A DNA stretch of 52,724 nt, filler included, from Dimargaris cristalligena (lineage: Eukaryota): assembly GCA_003614675.1 (NCBI GenBank). It is 2 parts of 2 records of this genome, joined end to end, with 100 filler letters (N's around TTAATTAATTAA, not from the genome) between each part and the next. Parts side by side here need not be neighbours in the genome. Positions count along the whole stretch, not along the records: positions 26,418 to 52,724 come from ML002545.1; 1 more part is not named here. One strand, 5' to 3'. The notes beneath the pieces were generated by a model, which was not told the origin of the DNA, searched no databases, and saw nothing but the letters and a program-made list of their open reading frames with translations. Positions 48,907 to 52,724 of the stretch are shown here, one piece after another. The position numbers and the translations under genes are program-made. Position 1 is the first letter of the stretch. Every line of letters begins with the position of its first letter.

Positions 48907-50917
48907 GGCACCCCCGGTGCGCAAAAACGGCCCGCATTTTATGGCAGGGTATAGCATAGCTTGCTTTACCCTTCTCGGTACCTAATTTTCTAGCCCTTGG
49001 GTATGAATGGACCAACTCGGGAAGACCATTCACAAAACCTCATACTCCCCCACTTTGGAGGATTTACGCGCTGAGTACTGAGCTGAAACTATATTATTAA
49101 TCTACTCCACTTTAATCACGGATCCGAGGTGTCGCCATTAAACTCCATTCTTTGCCTCGCCGGCCATAACCGGCCACTCATTATTTATTCCTGGTATTTT
49201 CACTAGCCCCGGACTATATTTGCCTTCTATCGTGAACCCATTAAGCCAACCATCAGTATGCATTTATCGTTTAGTTGCTTTCGATTTCAAAACTACCTTT
49301 TCAGGCTGCTCAAAAAGGCTTTCTATTATTGTATGATATAAATCAATGTTATTTTCTCCCTCTCTTGGAACCCCCACTTCGATTCACTGTTCGCCAATTT
49401 TCTGGGCTTTAATGATCCATCTTCCGCCAATGACTGGATCGTAGAATTTAATGAGATATTAATAAATATATTTCCAAATGTTAAATAGGAGGGGGGGGAT
49501 CTACGGAGGAGCTAACCCAATGTTTATTTCAATTCGTTAAAAAAACACTCGGCCGTTTGGCTATCCGCACCTCTATTTCTTCGATAAAACTTATGACCTC
49601 GCTTAAATGTGTTTCATACGATGTTGGAGGTAAAGCAGTATCAATAGTAGTAACGGAAAAATGGTATGAGGGACCCTGTAAGGATGATCGCCAATGAAAA
49701 TCGAGTGTTTACTGTGCTGAATGGTTGTTGCTGCACTTTGGCCCCCAAAACGACGTCTTCTCAGTATTTTTGGACTATTAACTGTTTCAAGTTTGGCGTC
49801 ATGAACAAGTCGACTCAATGGGAAGGGAGGACGAAACCTATTCTTTTTTTTTTTTACTTATACACGCCTACAAGTATTTTTTATTATTTACTTTGGGATT
49901 GCGAATGTGTATGATTGGATAATCAGTTGAAAAACAGTGATCACTATATAGTCCAGGTATATTTCCTTATACGTGTGTTAAATAATAGTAGGCCGTCTTG
50001 CTGACAAAGTCATCTTCGGACACGGCGCTGCCACATTGCTATTCATGTTTCGGGTGCATTTTGACCGGCCCTGAGTCGATGTTGATTTATTATTACTTTT
50101 TTACATATATATACAGGAAAGTAAAAATAGTTGGGGCTGATCCATTATACTAACTGTAAGCAGCTGTGCGTTCGACACTTGAACATGTAAACAGCATCGG
50201 AATTCGGAGCGGATCAACGGGTAATCTGCCATCCGTTTGAGTGATTACGATTGTCCAACACTTTAGGAAGTTCAACCCATTTGTTCCCTAAACCAAATGG
50301 TACCACGATGGGACAGTACCCCATATTTTCATTTCATAATCAGCTTATAGTTTAGCGGATGCGTTTTTTCTTATATGTTGCTTATCGGCTTATCGTGTGG
50401 CACATAAGTACCAGTTAAAGCTGCGTAGATTTGGGATAAATTAAATTATCTTTACAATTACTGAAAATCATTACAATGCTACTAGACTGGGGATACGTAA
50501 GAGGGAGCCAGGGAGGAGGTTAACAAGTAATTAGAGACGTGCAATTAGCACGTTCTTACGACCTTATAAATAGTCATTATTCGACCTTAAAATAGCTATA
50601 TGGTAGTGAATGGTTGGCATAAATACATGGGGAAGATTGCAAAGAGAATAAATTATTTTTATAACGAGGGCTGTGGGCCCAATATAAGATCGTTTCCATT
50701 GTGGCAGTTGGGCGGCCTGCATAGCACAATAGTTTGCCAAGTTAAGCAGCACACATATGAGTCTAAGGAACTATACGTTCGGTTGTTTGGTGTACATAGC
50801 TCTTCGCGGGTAAGATTTATCAGTGATGACTGTGTAAGATGTCGTGGTAATACGTTTTTGATGGTCACAACGACCAAGTTAAGTTTCAGCCAAGGGTAGA
50901 GTCAATAATGTTAGGTT

Positions 50918-51676
50918 TCAGAAAAACTGAACGGGAATAAAGTATACGCTGTAGTCAACAGGCCAGGTCAAACCCATCATGGAAAGCATTTGATGACCAT
51001 CTATGATCGTTTCCGCCACGTATATGTAGACTATATCCGCGAGCAGCGCGATGGCATTATAGGCCTGCTTATGGGCGTCCAAGCGATCCCCAGGGACACG
51101 CAATACCCTGAAGTAGGGAACTATGTTGGGCTTTACCCGAAACACAACCACCACCGTGGATTCGAAGGTAGCTTTAAACTGGTCCATGGTCGAGTGATCG
51201 AAATGTTGCACATTAATTCGGCGGGGAATCTCTCCGAGGAACCAGTCGTTATAAACCTCAATGATTTCAGCGGGCGGAATGCGCATAGCGTCAATCCAAT
51301 TGAAAGGTCCTTCTAGCGGAATTCGGTCCATATCCGATGGGGTCATGATAAAGCGGGGCTTGGGTTCCCAACTTTCTTCGATGGGGAACGGGAGGGATCG
51401 CATCAGGTGTTCGGAGGCGGGAAGCGTGTCGACGGTACAGTCGGAAGCATTCGAGACTAAAACGTTGTACATGCACTCGTCCGAAGCGGATTTCTTCAGG
51501 GGGCGTACGCAAGGTTCGGGAACCGTATCGGGGGGTTTTGATTCACTAGGAGGATTGTTGGTAGGAGTAGGGATTTCTTCTAAACGGCAGCGAGCCACGC
51601 TCGCGGATGCAGTGGACAGGTAGATGGTCTCGAAATCGAAGGATACATTCGAGCCATAAGGGTTATAGTCGGACAT
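50918..51676 (-). CDS. Hypothetical protein, 252 aa, intronless
   Basis: ATG-initiated ORF with coding-like composition in AT-rich surroundings and TATAAAA about 180 nt upstream; no family recognised. Confidence 0.7.
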   Translation of the reverse strand: MSDYNPYGSNVSFDFETIYLSTASASVARCRLEEIPTPTNNPPSESKPPDTVPEPCVRPLKKSASDECMYNVLVSNASDCTVDTLPASEHLMRSLPFPIEESWEPKPRFIMTPSDMDRIPLEGPFNWIDAMRIPPAEIIEVYNDWFLGEIPRRINVQHFDHSTMDQFKATFESTVVVVFRVKPNIVPYFRVLRVPGDRLDAHKQAYNAIALLADIVYIYVAETIIDGHQMLSMMGLTWPVDYSVYFIPVQFF

Positions 51677-52685
51677 GGTCGTGTTTAGAATAGCCGGTAA
51701 GGGTAGGTCAGTATGATGAGGGTGAGAGGGGTTTAATGTGTAGGAAACTGTTAATTGGTGAGTCGTGAAGGTTATTGTAAATAGTTTGGTTGGGCTATTA
51801 GGGATAGACCAGGAGAATAGAAGACTGCCGTCAACCCGGTCGGACGGCCTAGTTTTATATCTACTCTGTGAGCGTTAGTTGGTAGTGGTTACCTAGGTAT
51901 TTCACAACAACACGCTCGATTCATGCAAATAGGTGTCCACCGACAGAAAGGATTCTGCTCCAAAAAGTACCTATAGAAGCATTTGTAATGCATGGGTTAC
52001 CTGGGATGCCATTCAACAGCATTGTCGCGACTTAACCGAGAGTTCTGGGTATTGTTTACCATGTGTTAACCCCACCAGAAAAATTAAGGAATACGGACGA
52101 TAGAATGTATTAGGTACCTACTAAGTCTCGCGCGAACATGTTGGGTCTCCTTTCATTCAATTATGAAATCGGAAAAAACCTCTGGCTATCCTAGCGGTAC
52201 TCTAAAAGTGAGCGGATATCTACAAGTCGCTTTGACATCTATGTCCCTCTAGTATGGTTCCCTGTAAGTTTCCTTTTTTCAACCCACATGGTTTCCTCCG
52301 ATTGCCACCATTCCCTTTTATAGCGACAATTGCACTACAGGGCTCCTTTTCCAGCCCCCTATTCAGACTCCGTGGTAATAATTCTGCTTGGTCTTGGGAA
52401 AACTAACGCCTCTGGGATTAATACCGAGCCGAGTTTGCATAAAAAATGGTTTAATTTCGCTTAGCGCTTCTAAAAAAGTAGTTTAGTAAGTCGAAAGTGA
52501 CTCAAGATTCCCATTGCTGGATTTCAATATGGGAGAAGTTCATTCAGGCTGTATAACGAAAAATCCATTGGATGAGGCCAATATTACTGGTAAAAAGGTA
52601 TTCTCACATATATATTCACATTTACATGGGTAAAGTTCAACCCGACTATATAGGGTAAAATCCATATAAGGGGGCCATCATATTT

Positions 52686-52699
52686 AGGTCACGTGACCT
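52686..52699. promoter_or_regulatory. Perfect 14-bp palindrome AGGTCACGTGACCT (extended E-box)
   Basis: Seen directly; core GTCACGTGAC is a bHLH-ZIP (Cbf1/TFEB-type) consensus. Target gene unknown. Confidence 0.4.
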
Positions 52700-52724
52700 T
52701 TAGAGGACGGACATAACCTTCCTC

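Noticed and set aside
1..52724. tRNA, snRNA, CRISPR arrays or prokaryotic operons
   Set aside because: No cloverleaf with A/B boxes, spliceosomal RNA signature or repeat-spacer array was seen by eye, and the DNA is intron-containing eukaryotic sequence. tRNAscan-SE and Infernal would be needed to fully exclude small RNAs.

Overview
Eukaryotic (fungal) genomic DNA with GT-AG introns of about 130-330 nt and one artificial 100-nt scaffold gap (26318-26417). The gene set (AMT1/MTA1-type 6mA DNA methyltransferase, CDK10, ARL5, HEATR6, class II DAHP synthase, ATP19) points to an early-diverging fungus, plausibly Zoopagomycota (inference). In order: a partial divergent ABCB-type transporter missed by the ORF track, a probable Helitron helicase relic, HEATR6, a short Cdc15/SepH-like kinase, SDO1/SBDS, CHL1/DDX11, CDK10, ARL5, class II DAHP synthase, a disrupted gene joining a signal peptide to six C2H2/C2HC zinc fingers, a solitary 5S rRNA gene, the AMT1/MTA1 methyltransferase, ATP synthase subunit k, a DH-PH RhoGEF, an 8.9-kb gene-free tract, a 97-aa Cys-rich protein and a 252-aa orphan. 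Three genes each carry one extra C in a poly-C run. The most novel-looking items are the apparently secreted zinc-finger protein (candidate host-targeted transcription-factor effector, here decayed) and the Cys-rich microprotein with a 1.2-kb ATG-free leader. All family assignments come from remembered motifs and manual translation; no searches were run.
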